64,000 bases of DNA, taken from Felis catus (taxonomy: Eukaryota). The stretch spans positions 53,508,001 through 53,572,000 of the forward strand of contig NC_058382.1 of assembly GCF_018350175.1 (NCBI RefSeq). The letters are read 5' to 3'. Shown piece after piece: positions 12,876-24,648 of this stretch (the first letter of the stretch is position 1; each line of letters opens with the position of its first letter). Under the pieces are notes generated by a model, which was not told the DNA's origin, did no database searches, and saw only the letters and a list, made by a program, of their open reading frames with translations. A program made the position numbers and the translations under genes.

Positions 12876-12885
12876 TGAAGTCCAT

Positions 12886-13100
12886 GGGGCACCTGGGTGG
12901 CTCAGTTGGTTGAGCGTCCAACTTTGGCTCAGGTCATGATCTCACAGTTTGTCAGTTCGAGCCCCGCGTCGGGCTCTGTGCTGACAGCTCGGAGCCTGGA
13001 GCCTGCTTCGGATTCCGTGTCTCTCTCTCTCTGCTCCTCCCCTGCTCACACACTGTCTCTCAAAAATAAATAAAGAGTTTTTAAAAATTAAAAAAAAAAA
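12886..13100 (+). mobile_element. CanSINE (SINEC_Fc2-like), tandem to previous copy
   Basis: Full head-to-tail copy flanked by AnTGAAGTCC on both sides. Confidence 0.97.
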
Positions 13101-13839
13101 TGAAGTCCCGATTTGTAGCCATGAGCAGTTTTTCTGGTGAAAACATTCCCACCATGGCTGATTTCACGCTACCAGTAAAGGGTTACTGAATGCTGAGTTG
13201 GGAAGAGATGTGCTCAATCAGCCCCGGTGAGCGGGAGCCCTCCAACTCCAGCAGACCTTCGGCTTGGGGGGGTAAAATGGTTGGAAACCAGTGCTCCATT
13301 TCCTGTTTGTTTTCAGGAAGCTTCTTGCAACCAGGCCGAAAGGTTTGGGGACTTCCAGATTGCTTGAGTTTGCACAATCCTAATTCTCCAGCCAGTGTCC
13401 AGACGTTTCCCTTTATTTTGGTAGAGAAGAGAGAAGGGCATGAGCTGCCTGGTGAGCCTGTCGGTTGGCCACTGGTTGTAAGTATCCTGCAGAGAAAGTG
13501 CGTCCTATTATCTTTTACCGCTGTCCTAGTCCTGGGAAACCCTCCTTCCCTGCTCCCTAACGTCTGCAGCTTAACCCGGGCCCTTTCGAGTAGGCCACGC
13601 CCGGGGGCACCTTTGTGACTCCTGGCACTCCCTGGACTTTACAAAGTCCCTCGGTTTTTGTTGTCTTCCCGAGAATCATTTCCTACCACCGTGATCCACC
13701 GTCTCCCATACCCCTCTTGCAAAATCGCAAGGAGTAGCATCAGCACATCTTTGTACAGTCGGCGAATATATTTGGAATGCTTATTTCTGAGGGCTGTTGA
13801 AGACGAGGACAAATTTTACACCACCCAGAAGGACTGCCA

Positions 13840-14090
13840 ATAAATTCAGGAGTGGCAAATGGAACCACTGTTCTGTTTCCCTCTCGGTAAATAAATAGCT
13901 GCAAAACCAGGTACTCCAATACCAGAGCGTCAAATCCATGGCGCCCCGATGATTAACAATGAAAAGGTCTTTGTGAAAAACAATACATTTAGAAGAGTCC
14001 TATGCAATACGTTTAGCTCTCACCAGAAGCTGACTCTGAAGGTTTATTTTAATGTAGCACAAATCAGAGCGAACTATGTGAAAGGAGTTC
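13840..14090. promoter_or_regulatory. Candidate enhancer island
   Basis: GTAAATAA 13887-13894, AACAATG 13955-13961, CTTTGT 13969-13974, AACAAT 13979-13984; repeat-free. Confidence 0.35.
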
Positions 14091-14639
14091 TGTTTCCCCT
14101 AGAAGATGCCACTTGTATCTCCTCCCCGGGAAATGTCTTCCAGACTCTTAGCTCAGTGTGCAAGGTGAACCACTTCCACTGTGGCTGCACTGCCCATCTG
14201 GAGACCCTGGGGCCCACCGAGAGCCCAAAGAGAGTTTGGGGGTCTGGTGCTAGGTCGGAACCGGAAATGGTGTTCCTGAGCGATTTGCTGTAAGTGAGAA
14301 GCTCCCCAGGGCTGCATATTTTCTTTCACACCATGCAACCCCCACATTTATGTCGGGGCATACAGAGATGAAAGTGTGGAAGGAAAACACGCGGCGCTTA
14401 CGTGGAATGAGAGCCCATTTCTAATGCGAGGATGATGTCGATTTAACAGCAATAGCACACAGATTCATAGATGGTAACCACATTGGAAGGCAAACACGAA
14501 AAGTATTACACCGAGATGGAGGAGAAGGGGAGAAGACAGGGGAGCGAGAGAGGGTAAGAAAAGGAAGAGAAGAAAGATTATGCCAGAAAGTGTTGCTGCC
14601 CTTTGTAAACAAGCGCTTGCACACGCTGTTGCCTTCTTT

Positions 14640-14960
14640 TAGAATGCCATTCCTCTCTTTCTTCATCTGGCCAACTCTGGCTCAAGCTGTGAACCTCAAC
14701 CTGAGTGCTATTTCCTCAGGGATACCCTCCATGAACCCCGAGACTGAGCCAGGTCCCGTAGGATGGGGTCTGACAAAGCCCTCTTCTTTGTGAGATCTCT
14801 CATGACCGTAACGATCGTAATTATATCCTTGGGAATGTGACATTTGTTACATGCCTGTCTCCCCCACACACGTTAGATTCCAAAAGCCTGTGGCCATCCC
14901 TGCTTCTGAGCAGGGACATCAAGACAACCATTGAGTGGGTGAATGATGAATGGACAGATA
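14640..14960 (+). mobile_element. L2 3' fragment
   Basis: 'ttcctcagggataccctccatgaaccccgagactgagccagg...tgcctgtctccccc...gagtgggtgaatgatgaatgg'. Confidence 0.7.
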
Positions 14961-15736
14961 TTTATGATAAAAATGTATTTTATTATCTGAGTCTTGCTGG
15001 CTTCGCTTTGCATAGCCCTGTCCACATGCAAGCCCCTCAGGAAAGGGGTTCAGTGCCCCCCCAACTTTACATGCCGTTTCTCAGGTCCTAAGGATGCCAC
15101 TGACTTGCCAAGGAGTGTCACCAGCAGATCCGAGGCAGACCTTGGACAGGATGACAGGATCCAGTCTTTCACCACTGGGATCTGTCCTACACCCCCACCA
15201 CCCAGTGGATAGGTCTCTCTGCAGAAGGGGAAGGGGAGGGTTCCGAGTTTGGGGAAAGGGCAACAGAAAGGCAGAAAGAGTAGTCATGACAGAAGAGATT
15301 TAGTCCTGCCTCCTTCTCCTTTCTTCTTGCATTAAGGACAAGCGTCGCCTGGACACGTAAGCACAAATGGGAACATGATGAGGCATCACTTTTTCCGGGG
15401 CTGTGACTAACTCCTCAGGGGAGCAGGAGAAGCTGTCCCTCTGAGTTAGCCCTTGACAATTCCCTCAAATTTCTCGCTGCAGGAAAGCCCTGCCGATCAT
15501 CCCTGGGCTTCGGCGGTGAGCTGTATTCGTTCATTCGTTCCACAAATATTTTTCAAGGGTCGACCACCGGTGCCGGGCACTGAGCTACGAATGATATGCG
15601 TGGATTGAGTGAAGCTTGTGGGCTCATCCGCTGTCCCCAGTTCCCCGGGATGAGGGACTCACTATGCGTAAACCCAGACAGTTGGCCACCCTATTTTGGA
15701 CGGGATCTTACGATGCAACCTGACGTACTGTATAGA

Positions 15737-15923
15737 CAGTAGTTCCCAAGAACTACCACTGTCAAGGTCACCTAGAAGTGTTCGCTAAAATGCAAATTCC
15801 CAGGGGCCCTGCTCCACACCTGTCCTTCAAAACCTTCTTGGGGGCAGGTCTAAGAATTTGCATTGAATAGCCATCCCCCCTCCCCACGTTTCTGTTATGC
15901 ATATTTCAGTTTGAGAATAGCTG
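15737..15923. mobile_element. MER5-type hAT-Charlie element
   Basis: Terminal cagtagttcccaa ... ttgagaatagctg; internal 'tcacctagaag...taaaatgcaaattcccagggg...aagaatttgcatt'. Confidence 0.8.
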
Positions 15924-15929
15924 AGCAAG

Positions 15930-16110
15930 TGCCTACGGGCATGGCCTTTGAAGTCACTCAGACCTCCATTCAAACCCGTCTCACGTCACTGAAGACATAT
16001 ATGAATTTTCCGGGGTTACATAATCAATCTGGGCTTCAGCTTCCTTACCTGCAAAATGGGTCGGATAATACTATCTCTAGGGTGTTCTTGAAGAGATTAA
16101 ATGCGAAACA
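15930..16110 (+). mobile_element. MIR
   Basis: 'gcctttgaagtca...ttcaaaccc...gggcttcagcttccttacctgcaaaatggg...aagagattaaatg'. Confidence 0.8.
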
Positions 16111-16112
16111 TG

Positions 16113-16220
16113 GATTAAAGTCTTACCTAATATCTGTTACAGAATTAACTGTGCACGGAATTCTCATTATCAAGGCCGAGACCATTGGCCCGGTAGCTGG
16201 AATCACCAGTTTCTGCCCCT
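16113..16220 (+). repeat. Dispersed direct repeat, copy A
   Basis: Shares gattaaagtctta, agaattaactgtgcac and atcaaggcYgagac in order with 17877-17990. Confidence 0.85.
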
Positions 16221-16633
16221 GGATTTGGGACGGTTCTATCCTTTTTGACACGACAGGCAAAAACAAGTCTTCATGAGGCCTGTTATAGAAATGCGCTTTT
16301 GACAGAAGTACCTTTTTCCTTTTTGCCCTTTCCCCAAATGCACGAAACGCTGCTTCGGGCTCCCAGAAAAGGTCACGCACTTTCACACATTTGGGCCCTC
16401 ACCGATGCCGTGGTTCATGTCTGAAATGTTGTTCTTTCCTTAGCCTGGTGATTTATTTTTCATTCTGCAAACTCCCAGCTAAAGTACCTCCTCTTTCTTT
16501 CGAGAAGCCGCATCAGCTCTGCCTGCTTCTTGACTCCCTCTCTTTTCTATCTACCTAGGCACACAACAAACGATGGTAAGAAAATACGCCGCCTTCCCCA
16601 GTGAATATGGGGTCTAGCCTACTGAGACCACAT

Positions 16634-17104
16634 CAGGGATTGCAACTTATGGCCTGTGCCAAATCCAGTTTGCTATGTATTTTTATTTTTTATTTATTTT
16701 TTTTTAATTTTTTTTTCAACGTTTTTTATTTATTTTTGGGACAGAGAGAGACAGAGCATGAACGGGGGAGGGGCAGAGAGAGAGGGAGACACAGAATCGG
16801 AAACAGGCTCCAGGCTCCGAGCCATCAGCCCAGAGCCTGACGCGGGGCTCGAACTCCCGGACTGCGAGATCGTGACCTGGCTGAAGTCGGACGCTTAACC
16901 GACGGTGCCACCCAGGCGCCCCTGCTATGTATTTTTATAAATAAAGCTTTATTGGAACACAGCCACCTTCATTTGCTTGTGTATCATCTATGCTTGTTTT
17001 CACACTACAGTGGCAAAGGTGAGCCATTGTGGCAGAGATCTTATGGTCCACAGTCTGCAGTATTCATGCTCTGGGCTGTAACAGAAAATAACTGTGGATC
17101 GCTG
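16634..17104 (+). mobile_element. MER58A-like hAT element interrupted by a CanSINE
   Basis: 'cagggattgcaacttatggcctgtgccaaatcc...taaataaagctttattggaacacagccac...acagaaaa' matches recalled MER58A. Confidence 0.88.
16687..16922 (-). mobile_element. Young CanSINE (SINEC_Fc-type)
   Basis: Perfect 16-bp TSD tgctatgtatttttat (16671-16686 / 16923-16938); CpG-intact. Confidence 0.98.
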
Positions 17105-17876
17105 ACCTATATAATGGCCTCAGAGTGTAGCGTATGACATAACATATAGTAGATTCTCAGTAGGTATTTCCAATAGATGGATCAGTACATCAGTGGATAG
17201 ATTAGGACTCTGTCATTGGCAGTACCAACTGTCCTCTCTAAACGCATCCTTGTCTAGATCAAGGACCGTTCTAAGTCACACCTGGCCCCTTGCTTCAGCC
17301 CACAAAATGGCAGAGAATACTTTGACCAAACGGACGTCAATGTCAAGGAGGCTCAGCTACTTTTACCCACTTCCTTCCCCAATTTTATTTTAACCAATTG
17401 TCAAGAGTTAACTGGAATCAGGCATCTAAGAAATCTTTCCAGGCTTACCCATTCAGCCCTGCCTTCCTAGTGTGCCTCTCCTCCATCCCCCACAGTGCAC
17501 CGGAGGGTGGTGAAGCTCACAGTAACATCAACTATGGCGACTGATGTCCAACTTCACCTTCACAGGTGCCTCTCCCTTCTTATTCTAGAGTGCCCAGGAC
17601 AATTCTGTATACAGAGCGGACAATCTACCAACTCCTAACGATCACGGAGCGGTGAATGCACGGGAGACGGTGACATGGTGGGGGTGAAAGTCATTTTTCA
17701 ATTAAAAATAAAATAGCAAGTCCAATGCAGAGATGATGCAGCATGTGGCACTTGGGAGAAGAATCATTTGTCAGCCATCAGAGAGCACTGAGTTTGGCTC
17801 AGGAACGAGTACACTGTTGACCCCTCACAGCAGCTCAGAGACCTGCACCCGAGCTCAGAATCAGAGTCCAAAAGTA

Positions 17877-17990
17877 GATTAAAGTCTTAGCATGATATAC
17901 CTGGAATAGAATTAACTGTGCACTAAGTTATCACCATCAAGGCTGAGACTGCTGCTGGTCGCAGTCTCCATCCCTGGTTCCTGCCTCTTG
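17877..17990 (+). repeat. Dispersed direct repeat, copy B
   Basis: Diverged homolog of 16113-16220, about 1.77 kb downstream. Confidence 0.85.
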
Positions 17991-19071
17991 TTAAAGTCTG
18001 GATAAGGCGGGGCAGGTGAAGGGTGGAACAGCTTACATTACATTGTCCCAGGATCATCTTACATATAGAGAAAGTCAATGTCCCACTGAGAAGCAAAGTT
18101 CTCCATCTAAGGGATCATAAATTCCTTTGGATACAGAGATGTCTGCAGGGAAGAGAAAAGCAAAGAAGAGAGGCCTGTGGCCAGCAAGGCCAGACAGAAC
18201 TGGGAGCCAGTTCTCATTCTGAGACACCAGACTGCTTCCTGTTGGAGATACCACGGCCGTGGGAGGGTGGGAAGCAACAAACAGGAGGCTGGAGCTGGGC
18301 CAGACCTCAGGAACTCTTCTCTAAGCCCCTGGTTTTCACCTGAGGACATGGAGACCCAGAGACCTGGAAGAATTTGCATCACACCTCATCGACAGCCCCA
18401 AGCTTAGAGCCCAGATGGTCATCCCATATAGCATATTTGCTTCCTTGTTTGAAAGCCTGTTTGCTTGTTTGCTTGCTCATTTGTTTTGTTTCTTTGCCTT
18501 GGTGCTACTCACACAGACTTTCAAGGGCTCATCTCAAATTAGAGAACGTTCTGGAAAATGTAAACTTTGTGTCAGGCCTATGGGGAATGTAGGGGGAATA
18601 TTTGTTGGAGATGGTGTGGGAAAAAAAGAGGGGGGAGCTTTTGAGCAGTGTAAAGGCAAGGCTTTCTAGGTAGGCATTACACGGTCTTACGCAGCCACCC
18701 AAAAGTTTATCCAATATTTAGCGTTGGTCTTCTGCGTCAGTCGCACCAGACCCCAAAGAATTGTGTTGTACACCTGCTATCTGCCACAAAGTCTCCGAGC
18801 GTGGGTGTCGAAGGCACGCGGACCTGCTCTCAAGAGCTGACTACTCTAGATGTATGAGCACAAATAAGTCCTACAGTGTCACCGAGCAGAACGGGGTAGC
18901 AACAACACTACTGTGTGTGTATCACGAGGATCCATCGAGGTCATATGTGGAGACACAGAGCACAAGCACCTACGATTTCAACGCTCCTTTTCCTACTAGG
19001 TGACCAGTCCCCACTTAGCCCATCACGAAGCCCCCTCGGTAACTTCTGCCTCGAGCTCCCGAGAGGAAGCG

Positions 19072-19462
19072 TGTCGAATGTGGACTTTTTCTGCCCCCCA
19101 ACTCATGTCCACCTGGAACCTCAGAATATGATGTTATTTGGAAACAGGGTCTCTGCAGACGTAATTCATTTAGGGTCTTGAGAAGAGATCATACGTAAGA
19201 ATGAAAGAGTCCTTGTAAGAAGAGAGGACACAGAGGGCACACACCGGGAGGAGGCCACGTAAAGATGGGGGCAGAGATCGAAGTGATGTGGCCACAAGCC
19301 AAAAGATTCCAGGAGCACCCGAAGCTGGGAGAGGCATGGGAGGGTCCTCCTCTAGAGTCTTCCAAGGGAGCACTGCCTACTGACGCTTTACTTTCAGCTC
19401 TTGTTGTAAGACCCACCCCCCCTTTTGTGATAGTTTGTCAGGGCAACCCTGAAATGAGTGCA
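19072..19462 (+). mobile_element. MaLR solo LTR (MLT1B/C-like)
   Basis: 'gaacctcagaatatgatgttatttggaaacagggtctctgcagacgtaatt...ccacaagccaa...gaagctgggagaggcatgg'. Confidence 0.88.
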
Positions 19463-20074
19463 CGAGTCCAGCCCTGACTTCATCACCCACCGCTGTATCT
19501 GCACACACCCTTACAGACTCCTGGCAGGTGGAAAGTACCCATTTTTTCAGGCCTGCATGCCAAGGCCTTGTGTAATGTAAGTAATAGAGAGGCCTGCCTC
19601 TCCTTGAAAAACTTGTAGGCCCAGATAGTAGGAAAGTTCTGTTAAAAGAAAAAAAAAAAAAACAACACCCACAACTAAATAGACATGCAAGAGAAACATG
19701 AAGGAACCAAACTGCATAGCTGTTTCTACCTTTCCCCGAAGGTAGGACCAGCATTTCGTAGGTAGCTCAGGGGCATTTTGTGGCAATGTTTTACAAGTTT
19801 GTTTTGGCGGTAATCTGGTCCTTTCCTTTCTTATGTGACTGCCAGGCCTTAGGGTTGCTCTTCGTTCTCTGTCTGGCACAAGTCCCAGCCTCTTGGGCTG
19901 CTTTCTTTCCTCTCCAGGGTGACCATCACCGACTCCACGTCTCGGGCTCCCTATTCCCCTCAGTCGGGCGGCCTCCATCTTGATTGCCTTAGAATAGGAC
20001 AATTTCATTGCATAAAGTCTTCCGTGTTCATCAGTGTAGGAAGACAAGAGGATAAGAAAAATAGCAAATGGTTC

Positions 20075-20540
20075 TAATGGCCAACGTTGATCAAAGGCTT
20101 CTAACAGGTCAAGGGTTTACCTCCCATCTCTCATTTTAGGCTCATGAAATTCACACAGGCAGATGCTATTGTTACTATTATATTGTATTCACTTTAAAGA
20201 TCAAGATTGTGAGGCTGTGGGAAGTTCAGAAAGTTGCCTGAGGTCACACCATTGTTAACAAGGAAAAAGGGTCTTAGGGGCGCCTGGGTGGCTCAGTCAG
20301 TTGAGCTTCTGACTTTGGCTTAGGTCATGATCTCACGGTTGACGAGTTCGAACCCCACATCAGGCTCTGTGCTGACAGCCTGGAACCTGCTTTGGATTCT
20401 GTGTCTCCCTCTCTCTCTGCCCCTCCCCCACTCATGCTCTGTCTCTCTCTGTCTCAAAAATAAATAAACATTAAAAAAATAAAAAAATAAAGAAGAGGGT
20501 CTTAGACTTTATTCTAATGACTCCAGAGCTAAGGTCAGGA
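20075..20540 (-). mobile_element. MIR interrupted by a CanSINE
   Basis: 'gaggctgtgggaagttcagaaagttgcctgaggtcacac' before the SINE and 'tctaatgactccagagct' after it. Confidence 0.7.
20277..20488 (+). mobile_element. CanSINE (SINEC_Fc2-like)
   Basis: GGGGCGCCTGGGTGGCTCAG head; TSD aaggaaaaagggtctta / aaagaagagggtctta. Confidence 0.97.
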
Positions 20541-20629
20541 ACCAAGGTCCTACATAGAACTTCATCAAGGTCAAGATCGGCCTCCCTCCTGGAGTTTTGA
20601 CTCAGTTTCTGAGATATTAACTTGCATGG

Positions 20630-20991
20630 TGTTATGGGCTGAATGTGTGTGTCCCCTGAAAATTCACATGTGGAAACCTAATCCCCAGCAAGACGGTATT
20701 AGGAGGTGGGGCCTTTGGGAAGTGATTAGGCATAAGGGTGCCGGCCTCATAAATGCAATCAGTGCCCTTGTAGAGGAGACCCCAGAGAGCTCCCTTGTTC
20801 CTTCTGCCATGTGAGGACACAGCGAGAAGATGGCCATCTATGAACCAACAAGTGGGCCCCCACCAGACATCGAATGTACCAGCACCTCGATCTTGGAGTT
20901 CCCGCTGCCTGAACTGTGAGAAATAAATGTTTGCTGGTGAAGCCACCCGGTAGGTGGTAATGTGTTATGGAAGTCCAAATGTGCCTGGACA
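20630..20991 (+). mobile_element. MaLR solo LTR (MLT1A-like), complete
   Basis: TG...CA ends (tgttatgggctgaatgtgtgtgtcccc ... cctggaca), internal AATAAA, 5-bp TSD catgg/gatgg. Confidence 0.93.
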
Positions 20992-22869
20992 GATGGCCAT
21001 GACAAAAATTTCCAGAACTTCTTTTGTATTTTTGAAGGTGATTTTACTCTACCCTCTCAGCCCCTTCTCGGAAAATCTGGTTCGATGTGAAATAATTATT
21101 GCCAACTAGAATCTGTTTAGCAGGACTTCTGTTTGGGAGGGCATGCAGATTGAGAGGAAACGTGCTCCTGGGCCTCTGCAACAATGGATACTGTTTTGTT
21201 GGCTGGTTATTTCCTAGAGGTCATTCCAAGTAATAGGTGTGCCTTGAGGAACAAAACAAAACAAAACAAGACAAAAACAACAACAACAACAACAACTTCC
21301 CATGAGCAAAGCCTTCCAGAAAACCCTGAGATGAAGGCTTTGTGACTTTAGAATCTTTTGTTGGCTGATGTACTTTAGTATCTCAGATGAGGCAATAATA
21401 GGCATCCATTGTTTGGTAACAGAGCCCTCCTTTTGTGGAAGGTTCCACAGGACACACTTTGGGAAACACTACCTCAGCTCCTTCCCTCACATCAGGCATT
21501 TTCTTCTTTGTGACTTAGGGATGCGCGTCCACTCTGTATTTCCTGGGAGTTCATTATTTTCAAAACCTGGTCTGTGTAAATATCAAATCACTTACAAGAC
21601 ATGGCAGGCCTTCCTGGTGATGAAATCTACAACGACTTCATCTTTTCCATAATCACTGAAATGAGTCCTGAAGTGTGGGCCTTCGGCTGCCGGGAAATAG
21701 GAAACAGAGTCAAGCCTGGCCCTATCTGGAATTGTATGTGACAGCTCCCGCTCAGTGTCAGTAACAAGAAATGTGTCGAGCTAAAAATATTCTAAGCAGA
21801 TGTAAATCTGGGAGATGTGACTGCCACACACCCATGCTTGCCATTCGTTCTGCTTCGAGGGTCTTCCAGTGCACATTCGCCACTACTCCAAGCAACTCCA
21901 GTGCCCCATACAAACAATTTGTGTGAGTCCACTTCTGACTCACCTGGAGGTGGTTTGGTGAACACCCTGGCATCAGCCAGGCACAATGGCTCCTGGCAAC
22001 CCCAGACCAGGCAGGCAAAAATCAATTCCATTGCAGGAGAGGTGTTAGCTTCTCATAAGCAAATGCTTAGACACTGGTCTTTTTTTTTCCAGTGTTCCAC
22101 TCTATTATCAAAAGCTTGATTCCATCCTGGGGGCAGAAGACACACTATCCCCAAGATTCCATGGGACAAGCTGGCTTCCGCTCGGTACAGGAGAACCATC
22201 AGCCTGTGGGCAATGGTGGAATCTCCCCATCATGCAAAACAGTGGCACGTAGGAGTCCTTTGACGTTAGAGTCTTGTTTGGAAGCTGAATCCTTGTAAGA
22301 AGTCTCTCAGCTCATCTATAAGAGATGACAACTAATGGCCATCTTTTACACAATGAGAATAAAAACAACTATTGTAGTTCATTGAATATACCTTATGTGT
22401 TAAGCATGACAGCCGATAGTAGCTACTCTCATTTATTGGCCTCTGTCATCAAGCTTCAACCAATATGGCACCCCAGTGAACTGGAATGTGTGTTTGCATT
22501 TTGGTGGAGCCAATATGAGGTTTCACATCTTTTCTTTTCATCTTGGGGTCTTCTAGGAATCTGAGAGTATATGTGAGACTTAACTTGAAGAAACAGAGTT
22601 ATTCTGACTCCCAAGTTTTCCAGAAGGTTACTCTTCATGTGGTCAGCTTCCTTGGAAAAAGGAATGTCCACCACGAACTCACAACCCTTTCCAAAGGGAT
22701 ATGATATTTGGGCTGGGGATTGGGAGCTGGCAGGTAGTATCTCTTGTTTGATCCAGACACGGCCCTTACGGGAGCACTCAGATCATTCTTGAGGAGAGCC
22801 GAGTGTAGAGCCCAGTCACAGCCAACTGAAAGTCAGACTATCAAATACTCTACCAGATTCCACTGGGGG

Positions 22870-23060
22870 AGCCCAGACTTGGAAGTCAGGCATGGAAGAA
22901 CGTGATTCCCAGTTCTGTCACTTGAAAGGTCGGCTTCAATCCTATAAGCCTTCTTTTCTTCCTCTCCAACATGGGGATGATCATGTCCAGACAGTCAGAG
23001 TAGGTGTGAGGTCATAGTGATGCCCTGCGTATAATGCGCTTAGCTCATGGTGGAGGCTAA
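22870..23060 (+). mobile_element. MIR
   Basis: 'cccagacttggaagtcagg...ttcccagttctgtcactt...aacatggggatgat...aatgcgcttagctcatgg'. Confidence 0.6.
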
Positions 23061-23777
23061 ATGCTTGACGGCCTCCACTGCTGTTGACAATGTTAAGACT
23101 TGCCATGAGAGTTATCAACCAGTCTTTTGTGTTCTGATTGGGTTCATGGCCCTCCTTGTCTCTGAGCGTTAAAGGCTTTGCCAGGAAAAGTGGCAACATC
23201 TCAGACTGAATCAGCCCAAGCAGGGACTCAGCCACACTGCCTTCCCAGAGCTGAGCCTGGACCTGTGAGTCACACAGCCTTCTCCGTGTGGACACCACAG
23301 CAAATCACTTTTCCCATTAGGAACAAGCCGACACTCCACTGTGGTGACGGAAAGCAACTGTGAATGTAAATGATCTAACCAGACACGGATTCCACCAAGG
23401 TTTAACCCCTGGATTCCTTTTTTTTTTTTTTTTTTTTTTTTTTACATAGTAATCACGCACGGTCCTGGGGCAGCCCGCTGAGGGAGAATCATTACAGAGA
23501 ATTATGTGATCCATCTGCCCATGGAACCACGGGCTGGGGTTCAGACTGGGGCATGGCAGACACATCTGGCTTTACTTTGGGCTCTGGTGACACCAGGAAC
23601 ATGGATAAATGTCCGGCCTTAAGTATGGGGTATTCCAGATCCAGGAACAAATGTCTTGCAGGCTGTGTTCTCCTTTTTCCAAGCCGAGCTCCGAGGTTTC
23701 CATTCTGATGTGGATATGGCCACGGTATCATTGCTACTCACAGCCCTTGTATTCCCCCCCCCCCCGCCCCTCCTTGA

Positions 23778-23928
23778 TGCCTTGAGCTGAAACCCCAGCA
23801 ATCTGAGCTATGGTCTGGAAAGGCCAATGTGACTCTGGTTACAATACCACTGCCTAGAGCTCAAACCCCAGCAATCTGAGCTATGGTCTGGACAGGCCAA
23901 TGTGACTCTGGTTACAATATCACTGCCT
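23778..23928 (+). repeat. 73-bp tandem duplication (2 copies)
   Basis: Units 23778-23850 and 23851-23923 differ at 4 positions; TGCCT at 23778, 23851 and 23924. Confidence 0.97.
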
Positions 23929-23959
23929 TTGTGATTGCTTTTCATACTATTACAACCAC

Positions 23960-24200
23960 TACCTCTAATATGACTAATACCATAGTCACCCTTTACGCTG
24001 GGCCAAGCCCTGAGCTACCCACATAGATTTTCTTATTTAATCCCTATGAGGACACATCACTATTATTCCCACTTCCTAGGTAAATAGACGGGGACACACA
24101 GGGGTTAAGATTATGCGTCTAATAATGTATCACACAGCTAATACACAGCAAAGTCAGTTTCATGGCTCCTGAGTTCAAGCTCATACTGTTTACAACAACT
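23960..24200 (-). mobile_element. MIR
   Basis: 'ttcttatttaatccctatgagg...tattattcccactt...ggggttaag...tcacacagctaat'. Confidence 0.75.
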
Positions 24201-24304
24201 GTCCTCTGAGCTAAGAGTTCCACATCATAAACATCAGAGTGGTGGAACTGACTTTATTAATATCATACCTAGAAAACTCACCCAAAGATATTTATTGATA
24301 TATT

Positions 24305-24523
24305 TTTTTAATTTTTTTTTAACATTTATTTATTTTTGAGACAGAGAGAGACACAGCATGAACGGGGGAGGGGCAGAGAGAGAGGGAGACACAGAATCGG
24401 AAGCAGGCTCCAGGCTCTGAGCCATCAGCCCAGAGCCCGACGTGGGGCTCGAACTCGTGGACCGCGAGATCGTGACCTGAGCTGAAGTCGGACGCTTAAC
24501 CGACTGAGCCACCCAGGTGCCCC
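24305..24523 (-). mobile_element. Young CanSINE (SINEC_Fc-type)
   Basis: Full-length reverse copy ending acccaggtgcccc; short tgatat(a)ttt TSD-like flanks. Confidence 0.97.
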
Positions 24524-24648
24524 GTGATATTTTAAAGGAAATTAGAAGATTGTACCAATGGATAAAGAAGGATAACTTGTTTTTAAAAAAAAAAAAAAGT
24601 AGTCAAGAAGTATATAGAGAATCCTGACATTTGTTGCCATTTAAAGGC

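Larger units (their letters stand above)
12638..13261 (-). mobile_element. hAT DNA transposon relic (MER63-like) interrupted by two CanSINEs
   Basis: 'gatttgtagc...cccaccatggctgatttcacgctacc...gagttgggaagagatgtgctcaatcagc...ctccagcagacc' matches recalled MER63A reverse strand; left boundary uncertain. Confidence 0.75.

Noticed and set aside
17703..17721. 'aaatagcaagt' resembling the SpCas9 sgRNA scaffold
   Set aside because: Only 11 bp match in AT-rich DNA; the rest of the scaffold is absent.
21975..21993. 'agccaggcacaatggctc' resembling an Alu 5' end
   Set aside because: Too short, no Alu body follows, and the SINE content is carnivore, not primate.
23778..23928. Possible CRISPR-like array
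   Set aside because: Only two contiguous units, no spacers, no cas genes, mammalian context.
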